This document shows, one piece after another, positions 32,382 through 42,631 of a stretch of DNA of 64,000 bases. The position numbers and the translations under genes are program-made. A model generated the notes under the pieces. That model saw only the letters and a program-made list of their open reading frames with translations, had not been told where the DNA came from and did not search any database. The first letter of the stretch is position 1. Each line of letters opens with the position of its first letter. Origin of the DNA: an uncultured Chloroflexia bacterium (GTDB taxonomy: Bacteria > Chloroflexota > Anaerolineae > B4-G1 > SLSP01); the NCBI GenBank assembly GCA_963751345.1, contig CAVVUS010000010.1, positions 128,001 to 192,000 on the forward strand, in the 5' to 3' direction.

Positions 32382-32750
32382 ATGAAACCAGAAGTAGATC
32401 GTGAAAAAGCCCGGGCTCGGCGTCATGTGCATATCCGCAAGCGTGTGGAAGGTACGCCGGAACGTCCACGTCTAAACGTTTTTCGCAGTCTGAGCCATAT
32501 CTACGCTCAGGTGATTGATGACAGCGTTGGTGTGACGCTGGCGTCCGCTTCCACTGTCGATCGCGATGTCCGTGATCAGGTCGCCGGGCTTGAAAAGGCT
32601 GAACAGGCAAGCATCGTCGGCAAGATCGTCGCTGAGCGTGCGATGGCTAAAGGCATTCAGACAGTCGTTTTCGATCGGGGTGGTTACAAGTACCACGGTC
32701 GCGTGAAAGCTCTTGCCGAGGCGGCTCGCAAGGCCGGCCTTGATTTCTAG
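32382..32750 (+). CDS. rplR: 50S ribosomal protein L18
   Basis: RPRLNVFRS and [12 protein letters not shown]. Confidence 0.99.
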   Translation: MKPEVDREKARARRHVHIRKRVEGTPERPRLNVFRSLSHIYAQVIDDSVGVTLASASTVDRDVRDQVAGLEKAEQASIVGKIVAERAMAKGIQTVVFDRGGYKYHGRVKALAEAARKAGLDF

Positions 32751-32803
32751 TGGCGGTTATCTGACGGCGCGCCTCACCAAGGTTGCGTCCGGCTGGAGGA
32801 AGT

Positions 32804-33349
32804 ATGGCAGAAAGTAGAAGGCCCCGAGGTCGTAGAGTTGAGGAAGAGAAGGACGAACTTGACGAGCGCGTGGTTGATATCACGCGAGTGGCGAAGGTTG
32901 TCAAGGGTGGCCGTACGTTTGGTTTCCGGGTTACGGCTGTCGTCGGCGACAACAGTGGCCAGGTGGGGATTGGCATTGGCAAGGCTCGAACCGTGCCCGA
33001 TGCGATCGCCAAGGCTACCCTGCGCGCCCGCAAGGATATGAGAGCAGTGCCTCTCGAGGGGACCACAATTCCCCACGAGGTGCTCGGCGTCTGTGGCGGT
33101 GCGCGCGTCTTGCTCCGCCCGGCGACGCAGGGTACCGGTGTCATCGCCGGTGGTGGTGTTCGTGCTGTCTTGGGCGCGGCAGGCGTTCACGACGTACTGA
33201 CGAAGTCAATGGGAAGCTCAACTGCAGTGAACGTCGTCCAGGCGACGATGGATGCCTTGGATCAGCTGCGGCGTGTTGAGCAGGTCGCCGAGGATCGTGG
33301 CAAGCCCGTAGCTGAGGTCATGCCCTTCTGGCGCCGGAGGAAGGCGTAA
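32804..33349 (+). CDS. rpsE: 30S ribosomal protein S5
   Basis: [10 protein letters not shown] and GTGVIAGG. Confidence 0.99.
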   Translation: MAESRRPRGRRVEEEKDELDERVVDITRVAKVVKGGRTFGFRVTAVVGDNSGQVGIGIGKARTVPDAIAKATLRARKDMRAVPLEGTTIPHEVLGVCGGARVLLRPATQGTGVIAGGGVRAVLGAAGVHDVLTKSMGSSTAVNVVQATMDALDQLRRVEQVAEDRGKPVAEVMPFWRRRKA

Positions 33350-33537
33350 TGGTTAAGCGGTTGCGCATTACCTTAGTCCGCAGTCCCATCGGCTATTCCG
33401 TGCGACAGAAATGCACGGTAGAGGCTCTTGGACTGCGCAAGCTACGGCAGACCGTCGAGCGTCCTGACAACTCCGCTGTGCGTGGAATGGTGGAGTCTGT
33501 CACTCACCTCCTTGAGGTCGAGGAATTCGAGGCTTAG
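33349..33537 (+). CDS. rpmD: 50S ribosomal protein L30
   Basis: ITLVRSPIG and LGLRK. Confidence 0.97.
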   Translation: MVKRLRITLVRSPIGYSVRQKCTVEALGLRKLRQTVERPDNSAVRGMVESVTHLLEVEEFEA

Positions 33538-33555
33538 TGGGTTGGAGGTTATCGG

Positions 33556-34038
33556 ATGAAGTTGCATGACTTGCATCCCGCAAAGGGTGCCAAGAAAAAC
33601 CGCAAGCGTGTCGGGCGCGGCATTTCCGCCGGGCAGGGCAAGACTGCCGGTCGTGGTACAAAGGGGCAGAATGCGCGCAGCGGTGGTGGTGTTCCTGCCT
33701 ATTTCGAGGGTGGGCAGCTGCCACTTGTGCGGAAGCTCCCGTTCGTGCGCGGATACAGTTTCTTCAACCCCTATAAGGTTGAATTCGAGCCGGTGAACGT
33801 GAGTGAGTTGGTCGAGCGGTTCGAGGCCGGGGCTGAGATCACACCGGATGCCCTGCATAGTGTCGGCCTGATCGGTGATGCCGAAGAACTCGTGGTGGTT
33901 CTGGGACGTGGTGAGGTCGATCGGCCGCTTCATATCAAGGTGCATCGCGTTTCGAAATCGGCACAGGAGAAGATCGAGGCCGCTGGGGGTTCGGTGGAGC
34001 TGTTGTCTTGGGAGCGTGGCGGCTTCCGAACTCGTTAG
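33556..34038 (+). CDS. rplO: 50S ribosomal protein L15
   Basis: RVGRG and FEGGQLPL. Confidence 0.99.
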   Translation: MKLHDLHPAKGAKKNRKRVGRGISAGQGKTAGRGTKGQNARSGGGVPAYFEGGQLPLVRKLPFVRGYSFFNPYKVEFEPVNVSELVERFEAGAEITPDALHSVGLIGDAEELVVVLGRGEVDRPLHIKVHRVSKSAQEKIEAAGGSVELLSWERGGFRTR

Positions 34039-34112
34039 CGACGCCTGCGGGTGGTCGTTAAGGGAACCGTGGCCGGTATCAGGCCTGGTCCCAGACTAAA
34101 TGGAGGGGATTG

Positions 34113-35426
34113 ATGATTGAGGCCCTGCGGAATGCATTCAAGCTGCCGGATCTGCGCCGGCGGATGTTATACACGCTCCTGATTCTGGTGATCTTCAGGA
34201 TGGCGTCAAACATTCCGGTACCTGGTGTGGATCGACAGGCGTTGAGCGCTTTCTTTAGTTCCGCGACCGCCACCAGCCAGTTAGCGGGTCTGATGGACCT
34301 GTTGTCGGGCGGTGCTGTCTCCAAGTTCTCGGTCCTGGCTGCAGGGGTCTACCCATACGTGACCGCACAGCTTGTTGTCCAGTTGCTGCTCCCCATCTTT
34401 CCCAAGTTGGAGCAACGGATTCAAGAAGAGGGCGAAGAAGGCCAGCGCAAGATGAATCAGTGGGTCTTCTATATCACGGTGCCCTTGGCAGCTCTGTCGG
34501 CCTTTGGCCAGGCACAGCTCTTCCGGTCGGCATCTGCTGGTAGCCGTCCGATTCTTCCTAACTTTGGATGGGGCCCAGGTAATATCCTGCCCACGATAAC
34601 AATGTTGTTGACGATGACAGCCGGGACGATGTTTGCGATCTGGCTGGGTGAACTCATCACCGAACAAGGGATTGGCAACGGCCTCTCTCTGATCATCTTT
34701 GGTGGCATCGTCGCGCGCGTACCTTCAAACGTACGAAGTATCGCACAGACTGACAAGCTGCTGGGTGTCGTGGTGTTCGTGCTCATCACGGTGCTTACGA
34801 TGCTCTTCATTGTCTTCGTGCAAGACGGAGAGCGCCGCGTTCGCGTGCAGTACGGCAAACGCGTGCGTGGAATGAAGGTCTATGGGGGTGGGAGCACGTA
34901 TATCCCGTTGAAGATTAACACTGCCGGGATGATCCCCCTGATTTTCGCCCAGTCCATTCTCACCTTTCCGGCCGTGGTCGCGCAGTTCTTTCTGGCAAGT
35001 ACCAATCCGTCGGTGCGAAACATCGCTAATGCGGCGATTGGCTTCTTCAGCGGGAAGAATGCATGGTATGCGCCCGTCTATTTCGCGGCAGTCGTAGGAT
35101 TCACTTACTTCTACACTTTCGTCCAGGTAGAGCAGCAGAACCTGGCGGAGACGCTGCAAAAGCAGGGCGGGTTCATTCCGGGTGTCCGGCCGGGTCATCG
35201 CACGGAGGAGTTCATCCTGGGCATCTACAAGCGCATTACGCTGGTTGGTGCTCTCTTTCTGGGACTGGTGGCAGTACTGCCCTATATCATTGGTCTCTTT
35301 ATGAACTCGAACCAGATGCTTATCCAGAGCTCAGGTCTGCTGATCGTGGTCGGCACCGTGATGGATACGATGCGGCAGTTGGAGTCCCAGCTCATGATGC
35401 GCAACTACGAGGGATTCCTGCGCTAG
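34113..35426 (+). CDS. secY: Preprotein translocase subunit SecY
   Basis: WLGELITEQGIGNG, FIPGVRPG and about 10 TM segments. Confidence 0.98.
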   Translation: MIEALRNAFKLPDLRRRMLYTLLILVIFRMASNIPVPGVDRQALSAFFSSATATSQLAGLMDLLSGGAVSKFSVLAAGVYPYVTAQLVVQLLLPIFPKLEQRIQEEGEEGQRKMNQWVFYITVPLAALSAFGQAQLFRSASAGSRPILPNFGWGPGNILPTITMLLTMTAGTMFAIWLGELITEQGIGNGLSLIIFGGIVARVPSNVRSIAQTDKLLGVVVFVLITVLTMLFIVFVQDGERRVRVQYGKRVRGMKVYGGGSTYIPLKINTAGMIPLIFAQSILTFPAVVAQFFLASTNPSVRNIANAAIGFFSGKNAWYAPVYFAAVVGFTYFYTFVQVEQQNLAETLQKQGGFIPGVRPGHRTEEFILGIYKRITLVGALFLGLVAVLPYIIGLFMNSNQMLIQSSGLLIVVGTVMDTMRQLESQLMMRNYEGFLR

Positions 35427-35453
35427 ACGCAGAGGCTGATGACGACCGGAATG

Positions 35454-35462
35454 TGGTATAAT
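35454..35462 (+). promoter_or_regulatory. Extended -10 promoter upstream of rpmJ-rpsM
   Basis: TGGTATAAT in the secY-rpmJ spacer. Confidence 0.6.
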
Positions 35463-35561
35463 GTAGGACTGCGTTGTGCGCTATCAGATTGCGCACCCGC
35501 CTGACGATGATCGGAAGAGACTGCAGATCGCGTCTGTCTAGAGGATTAAGGAGTCATAGCG

Positions 35562-35675
35562 ATGAAGGTATCACCATCAGTGAAGAAGCGCTGTCCGAAG
35601 TGCAAGATCATTCGGCGACGAGGAGTTGTGCGGGTTATCTGTGAGAACCCCAAGCATAAGCAGCGTCAGGGGTAG
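35562..35675 (+). CDS. rpmJ: 50S ribosomal protein L36 (missing from the ORF track)
   Basis: Manual translation gives [46 protein letters not shown]. Confidence 0.98.
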   Translation: MKVSPSVKKRCPKCKIIRRRGVVRVICENPKHKQRQG

Positions 35676-35718
35676 GATTCGCTCCTGTCAGAAGCGTAGT
35701 ATAGAGGAGGTTTAGAGC

Positions 35719-36108
35719 ATGGTTCGTATTGCAGGGATTGACCTGCCACGAAACAAGCGCATTGAGGTCGGACTCACCTACATCTATGGAGTTGGTCGCA
35801 AGACCAGCAACAACATCCTGGAACGTGCCGGCGTGGATCCGGATAAGCGTGATACTGACTTGACCGAAGCTGAGGTCAGCTCAATCCGCGACATCATCGA
35901 GAGAGAGCTTATCGTCGAAGGTGATCTGCGACGTGATGTTCAGATGAACATCAAGCGCCTGATCGAGATTGGTTCCTATCGCGGATTGCGGCATCGCCGG
36001 AATCTACCCGTACGTGGTCAGCGGACGCGCACGAATGCGCGCACCAAGCGTGGCCCCAAGCGCACCGTACCTGGGCGTGGGCGACGGCGTGGTTCCAAGA
36101 AGAAGTAA
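35719..36108 (+). CDS. rpsM: 30S ribosomal protein S13
   Basis: [14 protein letters not shown]. Confidence 0.99.
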   Translation: MVRIAGIDLPRNKRIEVGLTYIYGVGRKTSNNILERAGVDPDKRDTDLTEAEVSSIRDIIERELIVEGDLRRDVQMNIKRLIEIGSYRGLRHRRNLPVRGQRTRTNARTKRGPKRTVPGRGRRRGSKKK

Positions 36109-36182
36109 TCTGACTGAGCCAAGTCAAACCTGACACGGTCAGGCCTGAACACGACAGGGTACAAGAGGTATGAGGAGGTTCC

Positions 36183-36602
36183 ATGGCTAAACGTGAAAGT
36201 CGACAGGCACAGCGAGGTGCGCGAGCAAGTCGGACGCGACGTGTACACCGAAACGTGCCTCGCGGGTGTATTCATATTAACACTTCGTTCAATAACACGA
36301 TCATAACCGTGACCGATCCTGAGGGCAACGTACTGCGCTGGTTAACCCCAGGGGTAGTGGGCTTCCATGGCACGCGCAAGAGCACGCCTTTCGCGGCCCG
36401 GATTGCGGCGGAGCGAGCCGCTCAGGATTCGATGAACAACGACGGGATGCGTGAGGTGGATGTCTTTGTGAAGGGTGCTGGCCCAGGACGTGAGGCTTCC
36501 CTGCGCGCCATCGCCGCTGCGGGATTGCGGGTTCGCTCGATCGTTGATGCGACCCCGATTCCACACAATGGGTGCCGTCCTCCGAAGCGTCGGCGCATCT
36601 AG
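36183..36602 (+). CDS. rpsK: 30S ribosomal protein S11
   Basis: SFNNTII and [12 protein letters not shown]. Confidence 0.99.
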   Translation: MAKRESRQAQRGARASRTRRVHRNVPRGCIHINTSFNNTIITVTDPEGNVLRWLTPGVVGFHGTRKSTPFAARIAAERAAQDSMNNDGMREVDVFVKGAGPGREASLRAIAAAGLRVRSIVDATPIPHNGCRPPKRRRI

Positions 36603-36626
36603 GTCGGGGGAGAAATAGGAGAAAGT

Positions 36627-37265
36627 ATGGCAAGATATACCGGGCCTGTTTGTAAGCTCTGCCGACGTGAAGGGGCGAAGCTTTATCTCAAGGGCGAGAA
36701 GTGCTATACGGACAAATGCCCGTTTGAGCGGCGTTCTTATCCTCCTGGTCAGCATGGTAAGCAGGCCAGTTTCCAGCGGCGACGATCATCCGACTACACG
36801 CTGCAGTTGCGTGCGAAGCAGCAGGCACGTCGAATCTACGGCGTGCTGGAGCGCCAGTTCCGGCGCTACCTGCGGATGGCTGAGGGACGCGAAGGTCTGA
36901 CCGGTGAGAACCTGATCATTGTGTTGGAGCAGCGTCTGGACAATGTTGTTTACCGATTGGGCTTGGCTGATTCCCGAGCACAGGCGCGGCAACTGGTTCA
37001 GCACGGCCATATCACGGTTAACGGGCGCAAGACCAACATCCCGTCCTACCTGGTGAGATCCGAGGACGTCTTGGCTGTTCGTACTGAAAGCCGTCGTGCG
37101 ACGTACTTCCGGCAACGCCGCGACCTTCTGGGACAACGGGAAGTTCCTGCTTGGTTGAGTTTGAACGAAGAAGAACTCTCCGGGCGGGTGCTTGCATTGC
37201 CGACTCGTCAAGAAATCGACATACCAGTCGACGAGCAGATGATTGTCGAGTTCTACTCGCGCTAA
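36627..37265 (+). CDS. rpsD: 30S ribosomal protein S4
   Basis: [16 protein letters not shown] and IVEFYSR. Confidence 0.99.
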   Translation: MARYTGPVCKLCRREGAKLYLKGEKCYTDKCPFERRSYPPGQHGKQASFQRRRSSDYTLQLRAKQQARRIYGVLERQFRRYLRMAEGREGLTGENLIIVLEQRLDNVVYRLGLADSRAQARQLVQHGHITVNGRKTNIPSYLVRSEDVLAVRTESRRATYFRQRRDLLGQREVPAWLSLNEEELSGRVLALPTRQEIDIPVDEQMIVEFYSR

Positions 37266-37344
37266 TACTCCTCACGCCAATTCGCCGGAGTTCATCGAAG
37301 GCGTCGATTGGGGTGGAGGAGTTTTAGTTCAGACAGGAGGCAAC

Positions 37345-38301
37345 GTGCTAGCAGCGCCAGTTCTGCCAAAGGTAGAAGTTGATGTAAACGCCGAGCAGTA
37401 CGGCCGATACGTGATCGGCCCACTGGAGAGCGGTTATGGTGTGACGCTAGGGAATTCAATGCGACGGGTTCTGCTTGCGTCCCTGGAGGGAGCAGCGATC
37501 ACGGCCGTGCGGATTATGGATATTCCGCATGAGTTCACCACCATCCCCGGCGTCAGAGAGGATGTTATACAAGTCATCCTCCGACTCAAGCAGATCCGTC
37601 TGTCATTGGAGGGCGAGGGCCCCCAGTATATGACGCTTCGCATCGAGGGCGAGGGTGTAGTTACCGCAGGAGATATCATCGCTCCTCCGGAGATCGAGAT
37701 TCTTAATCCGGATGTCTACCTGTTCACGGTGGATGCCGAGGATGTGCATCTGGATTTCGAGTTCACGGTCGAGAAGGGACGGGGATATCTGCCGGCAGAG
37801 GATCGTGGGCGTATGCCCATCGGAGTGCTGCCGGTTGATGCGATTTTCAGCCCGATTCGTCGGGTGAACTTCCGAGTCGATCAGGCGCGCGTTGGTCAGT
37901 TGACCAACTACGATCGCTTGACGATGGAGATTTGGACTGATGGGCGCATCCCACCTCTTGATGCGCTGAAGGAATCCGCGCGGATTCTGGTGACGCACCT
38001 CCGGCTGATTGCCGGCGCGGAACTGGAAGAGAATGTGGAAATCGAAGTGACGGAAGAGGAAGAGGAGATTCCGCATCAGGCGTATGCTACCCCCATCGAG
38101 GACTTGGGGCTCGGCGTGCGCGTCTACAATGCGCTAAAGCGTACGGGAATCTCCAATGTGGGCGAAGTACTGGAGATGCTTGCGCGGGGCACCGATGCGC
38201 TGCTGTCCATCCGCAACTTCGGTGAGAAGTCGCTCACAGAGCTCGTCGAACAGCTTGAGGCCAAGGGGTTCTGGGCCGAGGAAGACGAAGGCGAGGAGTA
38301 G
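37345..38301 (+). CDS. rpoA: RNA polymerase alpha subunit
   Basis: PLESGYGVTLGNSMRRVLL and RNFGEKS. GTG start after GGAGG. Confidence 0.98.
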   Translation: MLAAPVLPKVEVDVNAEQYGRYVIGPLESGYGVTLGNSMRRVLLASLEGAAITAVRIMDIPHEFTTIPGVREDVIQVILRLKQIRLSLEGEGPQYMTLRIEGEGVVTAGDIIAPPEIEILNPDVYLFTVDAEDVHLDFEFTVEKGRGYLPAEDRGRMPIGVLPVDAIFSPIRRVNFRVDQARVGQLTNYDRLTMEIWTDGRIPPLDALKESARILVTHLRLIAGAELEENVEIEVTEEEEEIPHQAYATPIEDLGLGVRVYNALKRTGISNVGEVLEMLARGTDALLSIRNFGEKSLTELVEQLEAKGFWAEEDEGEE

Positions 38302-38375
38302 CACACGGGTGCGCTCTTCGCTATCATCGACCTGGCCGGATTCTCTGACCGATTCAATGATCAGGAGGTTGAGGC

Positions 38376-38765
38376 ATGCGACATCGTGTCGCGGGTAAGA
38401 GACTAAACCAAACATCGGGGCAGCGGCGCGCCCTGCGGCGGAATCTGGTGACGGAGTTGATCCGCCACGAGCGGATTCGTACGACGCGGGCCAAGGCGCA
38501 GGCCATCCAGGGCCAGGCAGAGAAACTGATAACGTTGGCGAAGCGTGGGCTTATCGCTGCGGAGCAGGAGCCGGCCAAGGAGGTCTTTGCGCGCCGTCGG
38601 GCGGCTGCGCAGCTGAATGATCCCACGGTCGTCCAGAAGCTATTCTCTGATATTGCGCCCCGTTACTTGGACCGCCCTGGCGGTTATACGCGAATGCTCA
38701 GGCTGGGCCTGCGCAAGGGTGACGCGGCGCAGATGGTGGTTCTGGAGTTGGTTGAGGAGGCTTGA
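38376..38765 (+). CDS. rplQ: 50S ribosomal protein L17
   Basis: MRHR and RPGGYTR. Confidence 0.99.
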   Translation: MRHRVAGKRLNQTSGQRRALRRNLVTELIRHERIRTTRAKAQAIQGQAEKLITLAKRGLIAAEQEPAKEVFARRRAAAQLNDPTVVQKLFSDIAPRYLDRPGGYTRMLRLGLRKGDAAQMVVLELVEEA

Positions 38766-38774
38766 TCGCTAAGG

Positions 38775-39524
38775 GTGCGGATCAAGGCAATCATAGGCTA
38801 TGACGGTACGGGGTACGGGGGATTTCAGATCCAGGAGAATGCCCCCACTATCCAGGCCGCAGTAGAAGACGTTCTGGTTCGATTGACAGGTGTCTCGACC
38901 AGGATTCTGGCAGCAGGGAGAACAGACGCGGGGGTTCACGCGGAGGGTCAGGTCATCGCCTTTGATACGGCGTGGCGGCATGCGCTCTCTGATCTGCAAC
39001 GGGGTATGAATGCGTTGCTTCCAGAGCAGATCGCCGTTTTTGAACTGAATGAGGTCGATCCTGAGTTTCACCCGCGTTTTGATGCGTTGAGCCGGACCTA
39101 TCAGTATACGATTTACCAGGCTGCTGTAAGGCATCCGTTCTATACACGGTATAGCCTGCATATAGCGCGGAATCTGGATGTCGGAGCGATGCAGGACGCG
39201 ACGTGTTGTTTGGTGGGCGTGCATGATTTCTTGGCGTTTGGCTCACCCCCTCAGGGGCACAATTCGACGCGTGAAGTCATCCGGGCGGCCTGGTCTCTTG
39301 AGGAGCCTTGGCTGAGGTTCGATATTGAGGCCAACGCCTTCTTATATCGTATGGTAAGGATGCTTGTGGGGACGCTGCTTCGGGTTGGGACTGGAGCTTT
39401 GACGCCAGACGACTTCCGAGAGATTCTTGAGACGCGGAATCGAGATGGTGCCGGGCCGGCGGTCGCTGCTGAGGGCCTTCGCCTGAAGTCGGTTGCTTAT
39501 GACCAGGGACGTAAGGAAGTGTGA
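38775..39524 (+). CDS. truA: tRNA pseudouridine(38-40) synthase
   Basis: YDGT, AGRTDAGVHA and FLYRMVR. Confidence 0.97.
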   Translation: MRIKAIIGYDGTGYGGFQIQENAPTIQAAVEDVLVRLTGVSTRILAAGRTDAGVHAEGQVIAFDTAWRHALSDLQRGMNALLPEQIAVFELNEVDPEFHPRFDALSRTYQYTIYQAAVRHPFYTRYSLHIARNLDVGAMQDATCCLVGVHDFLAFGSPPQGHNSTREVIRAAWSLEEPWLRFDIEANAFLYRMVRMLVGTLLRVGTGALTPDDFREILETRNRDGAGPAVAAEGLRLKSVAYDQGRKEV

Positions 39525-39585
39525 ATGAGCGTCTTCACAGTAAGTGTCTGTGAACGGGCTCTTATTCCGATACGGGAGTTTTGAA

Positions 39586-40044
39586 ATGGTGAAGAACATA
39601 GGAATACACAAGACTTATGTCGCCAAGCCGGGAGAGGTCGAGCGAAGCTGGTACATTGTCGATGCGACCGGACTGACCCTCGGCAGGTTGGCGACGCAGA
39701 TCGCGAGCGTTTTGCGGGGAAAGAACAAACCCCACTATACACCTCACGAGGATGTTGGGGACTTTGTGATCGTCGTGAACGCCGAGAAGGTCGCGGTTAC
39801 CGGACGTAAGATGGACCAGAAGAAGTACTACTGGCACACGGGTTATCCTGGTGGTATTCGGGAGATTACCCTGCGCCGGCAACTCGAACTGCACCCCGAC
39901 CGCGTGATTCTTCATGCCGTCAAGGGGATGCTGCCTCGCGGCCCTCTGGGCCGACGCCAGTTGCGAAAGCTCAGAGTCTATCGAGGTATGGAGCACCCTC
40001 ATGGGGCCCAATTACCGCAGCCGTTAGCTTTGAACAGCCGCTAG
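39586..40044 (+). CDS. rplM: 50S ribosomal protein L13
   Basis: [16 protein letters not shown] and VKGMLP. Confidence 0.99.
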   Translation: MVKNIGIHKTYVAKPGEVERSWYIVDATGLTLGRLATQIASVLRGKNKPHYTPHEDVGDFVIVVNAEKVAVTGRKMDQKKYYWHTGYPGGIREITLRRQLELHPDRVILHAVKGMLPRGPLGRRQLRKLRVYRGMEHPHGAQLPQPLALNSR

Positions 40045-40066
40045 AGCTTGCTTGAAGGAGATGTGA

Positions 40067-40453
40067 ATGTATTACGAAGGTTTGGGACGTCGCAAGACAT
40101 CAACGGCGCGTGTTCGCCTGCATCCTGAAGGCACCGGCCAGATTGTGGTGAACGGTAAGCCCTACCGGGAGTATTTCGGCCGCGAGGATGATTGGTCGAA
40201 TGTCATGCAACCCCTGGAAGCCACCCAGACGGAAGGTCGCTTTGATGTGACTGTTCTGGTGCAGGGTGGCGGGATTACGGGGCAGGCGGGGGCAATCCAG
40301 ATGGGCATGGCTCGAGCGCTACTGGAGGTCAATCCCGACTTCCGCCCGGTATTGCGCAAGGGGGGTCTGCTAACGCGTGATGCGCGTATGAAGGAACGGA
40401 AAAAGCCTGGTCTCAAGCGGGCCCGCAAGGCACCACAGTACACGAAGCGCTAG
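40067..40453 (+). CDS. rpsI: 30S ribosomal protein S9
   Basis: [10 protein letters not shown] and [10 protein letters not shown]. Confidence 0.99.
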   Translation: MYYEGLGRRKTSTARVRLHPEGTGQIVVNGKPYREYFGREDDWSNVMQPLEATQTEGRFDVTVLVQGGGITGQAGAIQMGMARALLEVNPDFRPVLRKGGLLTRDARMKERKKPGLKRARKAPQYTKR

Positions 40454-40575
40454 GTTTCACGTATCAGCTTGGTGGATCGCGCTCCGAGGGCGCAGTTCTG
40501 ATGGGTGCTTCCGGGCAGATGTGGATCAGCGCCGAGCGGCTTTGAGTCGTTTGGCCAAGATGAATTGACACGTAC

Positions 40576-40614
40576 AGGTAGGCAGGATTAGCTTCTGCCT
40601 ACCTTTTTGTTTTT
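40576..40614 (+). terminator. Intrinsic terminator ending the ribosomal cluster
   Basis: AGGTAGGCAG-loop-CTGCCTACCT followed by TTTTGTTTTT. Confidence 0.85.
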
Positions 40615-40626
40615 CCGGGGGGACGT

Positions 40627-42108
40627 ATGCCGCAAATTACCATCGTGGGCCTGGGACCTGGTTCCGTAGGCGATCTGACGCGGGATGCCTGGCAGATTCT
40701 GTCGGATGCGCCGGAGATCTGGCTGCGCACGCTGCACCATCCTGTCGTGCCCGATCTGCCGAATCAGTCGACTCTGCACGCCTTCGACGAGGTGTATGAG
40801 CGCGCCGATACCTTTCAGGATGTCTATGCGGAGATCTGCTCCCGCGTACTCGCCCTCGGTCGGCGGCCTCAAGGGGTCGTCTATGCGGTTCCCGGACATC
40901 CTATGGTGGGAGAGTCCACCGTCACGCGTATCGTTGAAGCGGCCCGCAGCGAGGCCCTGCCGGTCCATATTGTCAGCGGGCTGAGTTTCGTGGAGCCGTC
41001 GTTGACTGCCATCGGCCTGGATGGCCTCGACGGACTACAAGTGGTCGACGCGCTTGATATCGTGGCGCTGCATCATCCGCCGCTGAACCCAGATATGCCG
41101 TCCTTGATTGCCCAGGTCTACAGTCGTGCGGTCGCCTCTGAACTGAAGTTGGTCTTGATGAATCAGTATCCCGACGAGCATCCAACGGTGCTGCTTGATG
41201 GTGCGGGTACCGGCAGGGAGCGGGTTATGGAGCTTCCGCTCTATGAAATCGACCGCTACGACGCTACGCCGCTCACGTCGCTCTATGTGTCGCCGATGCC
41301 GGTCATCTCCGGCTTTGAAGGTTTTCAAGAGACGATCGCGCGGCTGAGATCACCCGAGGGATGTCCCTGGGATCGCGAGCAGACCCACCAGAGCTTGCGC
41401 ACAAACCTGTTGGAGGAGTCTTATGAGGTCCTAGCTGCGATTGATGAGAACGATCCTGATTCCCTCAGAGAGGAGCTCGGCGATCTTCTGCTGCAAGTTG
41501 TCCTTCATGCGCAGATAGCGGTCGAGGAAGGCGAGTTCCGTATGGCGGAGGTCATCGCCCAGATCGATGCGAAACTCAAGCGTCGGCACCCGCATGTCTG
41601 GGACAACCTGGAAGTCGAGGGCGTGGACGAGGTCATCTCGAACTGGGAGGTCATCAAGCGCCGTGAGCGTGCCGAAAAGGGCACCCCGGAGCGTTCGTTG
41701 TTAGGCGGCATCCCGTCGGCTCTTCCGGCCTTGGCTCAGGCGGCTGCCTACACCGACCGTGCCGGGCGTATCGGCTTCGACCGTGTCTGGGCTGATGGCG
41801 TCTGGGTTACGCTGGGTCGACCTGAGAGGGAAAGGCTAGCGGGGTTGCTGGACGCGCTCTCAGAGGTGATCGCCGACCAACCGGCACCGGAAGCTCACGT
41901 CCAGCTTCTGGGAGACATACTGCTCGTCATCGCGGACTGGGCCAGAAGCGTAGAGATCGATCCGGAAAGCGCGCTGCGCGAGGCAAACACGCGGTTCGCG
42001 CGACGATTCGCGGTCCTGGAGAGTGCCTCACGGGAGAGCGGGGAATCCCTGGAGAAGATTCCGGTAGAGCTTATCCGGAAACTGTGGCGCGAGGCCGGGC
42101 TCCTCTAG
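40627..42108 (+). CDS. mazG: Tetrapyrrole methylase - MazG nucleoside triphosphate pyrophosphohydrolase fusion (YabN-like)
   Basis: N-terminal IVGLGPG and YAVPGHP, then GCPWDREQT, EELGDLLLQV and RRHPHV. Confidence 0.92.
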   Translation: MPQITIVGLGPGSVGDLTRDAWQILSDAPEIWLRTLHHPVVPDLPNQSTLHAFDEVYERADTFQDVYAEICSRVLALGRRPQGVVYAVPGHPMVGESTVTRIVEAARSEALPVHIVSGLSFVEPSLTAIGLDGLDGLQVVDALDIVALHHPPLNPDMPSLIAQVYSRAVASELKLVLMNQYPDEHPTVLLDGAGTGRERVMELPLYEIDRYDATPLTSLYVSPMPVISGFEGFQETIARLRSPEGCPWDREQTHQSLRTNLLEESYEVLAAIDENDPDSLREELGDLLLQVVLHAQIAVEEGEFRMAEVIAQIDAKLKRRHPHVWDNLEVEGVDEVISNWEVIKRRERAEKGTPERSLLGGIPSALPALAQAAAYTDRAGRIGFDRVWADGVWVTLGRPERERLAGLLDALSEVIADQPAPEAHVQLLGDILLVIADWARSVEIDPESALREANTRFARRFAVLESASRESGESLEKIPVELIRKLWREAGLL

Positions 42109-42145
42109 GTGACTCACACCTTCGCCCGGCCCCTGCACTTACGGG

Positions 42146-42469
42146 TTAGTCGAGGTAAGGCTCGAGTTCCTTCTCCAGCGCACGCCTGGACTGGTTGCCG
42201 ACGAGCCGCTTCGCCTCTTCACCATCTTTGAAGACGATCATCGTCGGGATATTCATCACACCATACTTCGTGGCCAGGCTGGACTTGTCCACATTGACCT
42301 TGACGATCAACAATCGTCCGTCCATATCCTCGGCCAACGATTCCAGTGTTGGCCCCAACCTCTTGCACGGGGGACACCATTCGGCGAAGAAGTCCACCAG
42401 CACAGGTACAGAGCTGCCATCGATAACGTCCTGGAAGTTGCCTTCGTCAACCTGCTGTAAGTTGCTCAT
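42146..42469 (-). CDS. trxA: Thioredoxin
   Basis: VDFFAEWCPPCK and NIPT. Confidence 0.93.
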   Translation of the reverse strand: MSNLQQVDEGNFQDVIDGSSVPVLVDFFAEWCPPCKRLGPTLESLAEDMDGRLLIVKVNVDKSSLATKYGVMNIPTMIVFKDGEEAKRLVGNQSRRALEKELEPYLD

Positions 42470-42520
42470 TTCTAGCTTTATCTCCTGTGCTTTTCCGGTG
42501 GTGTGGTTTCACTGCGCCGG

Positions 42521-42608
42521 ATTATCGCATGCCCAATGACGATGTCAAGCGCCACGATGGTCATGTTCGTTAGCGGTGGTTGCGGTCTACCTGTGGCTGT
42601 GCTATAAT
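42521..42608. promoter_or_regulatory. Divergent sigma70 promoters (trxA on minus, M23 peptidase on plus)
   Basis: Minus strand: TTGACA-16-GATAAT (42548-42521). Plus strand: TTGCGG-17-TATAAT (42580-42608). Confidence 0.65.
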
Positions 42609-42631
42609 GAAGGTGATGGCGGAGGTATGAG

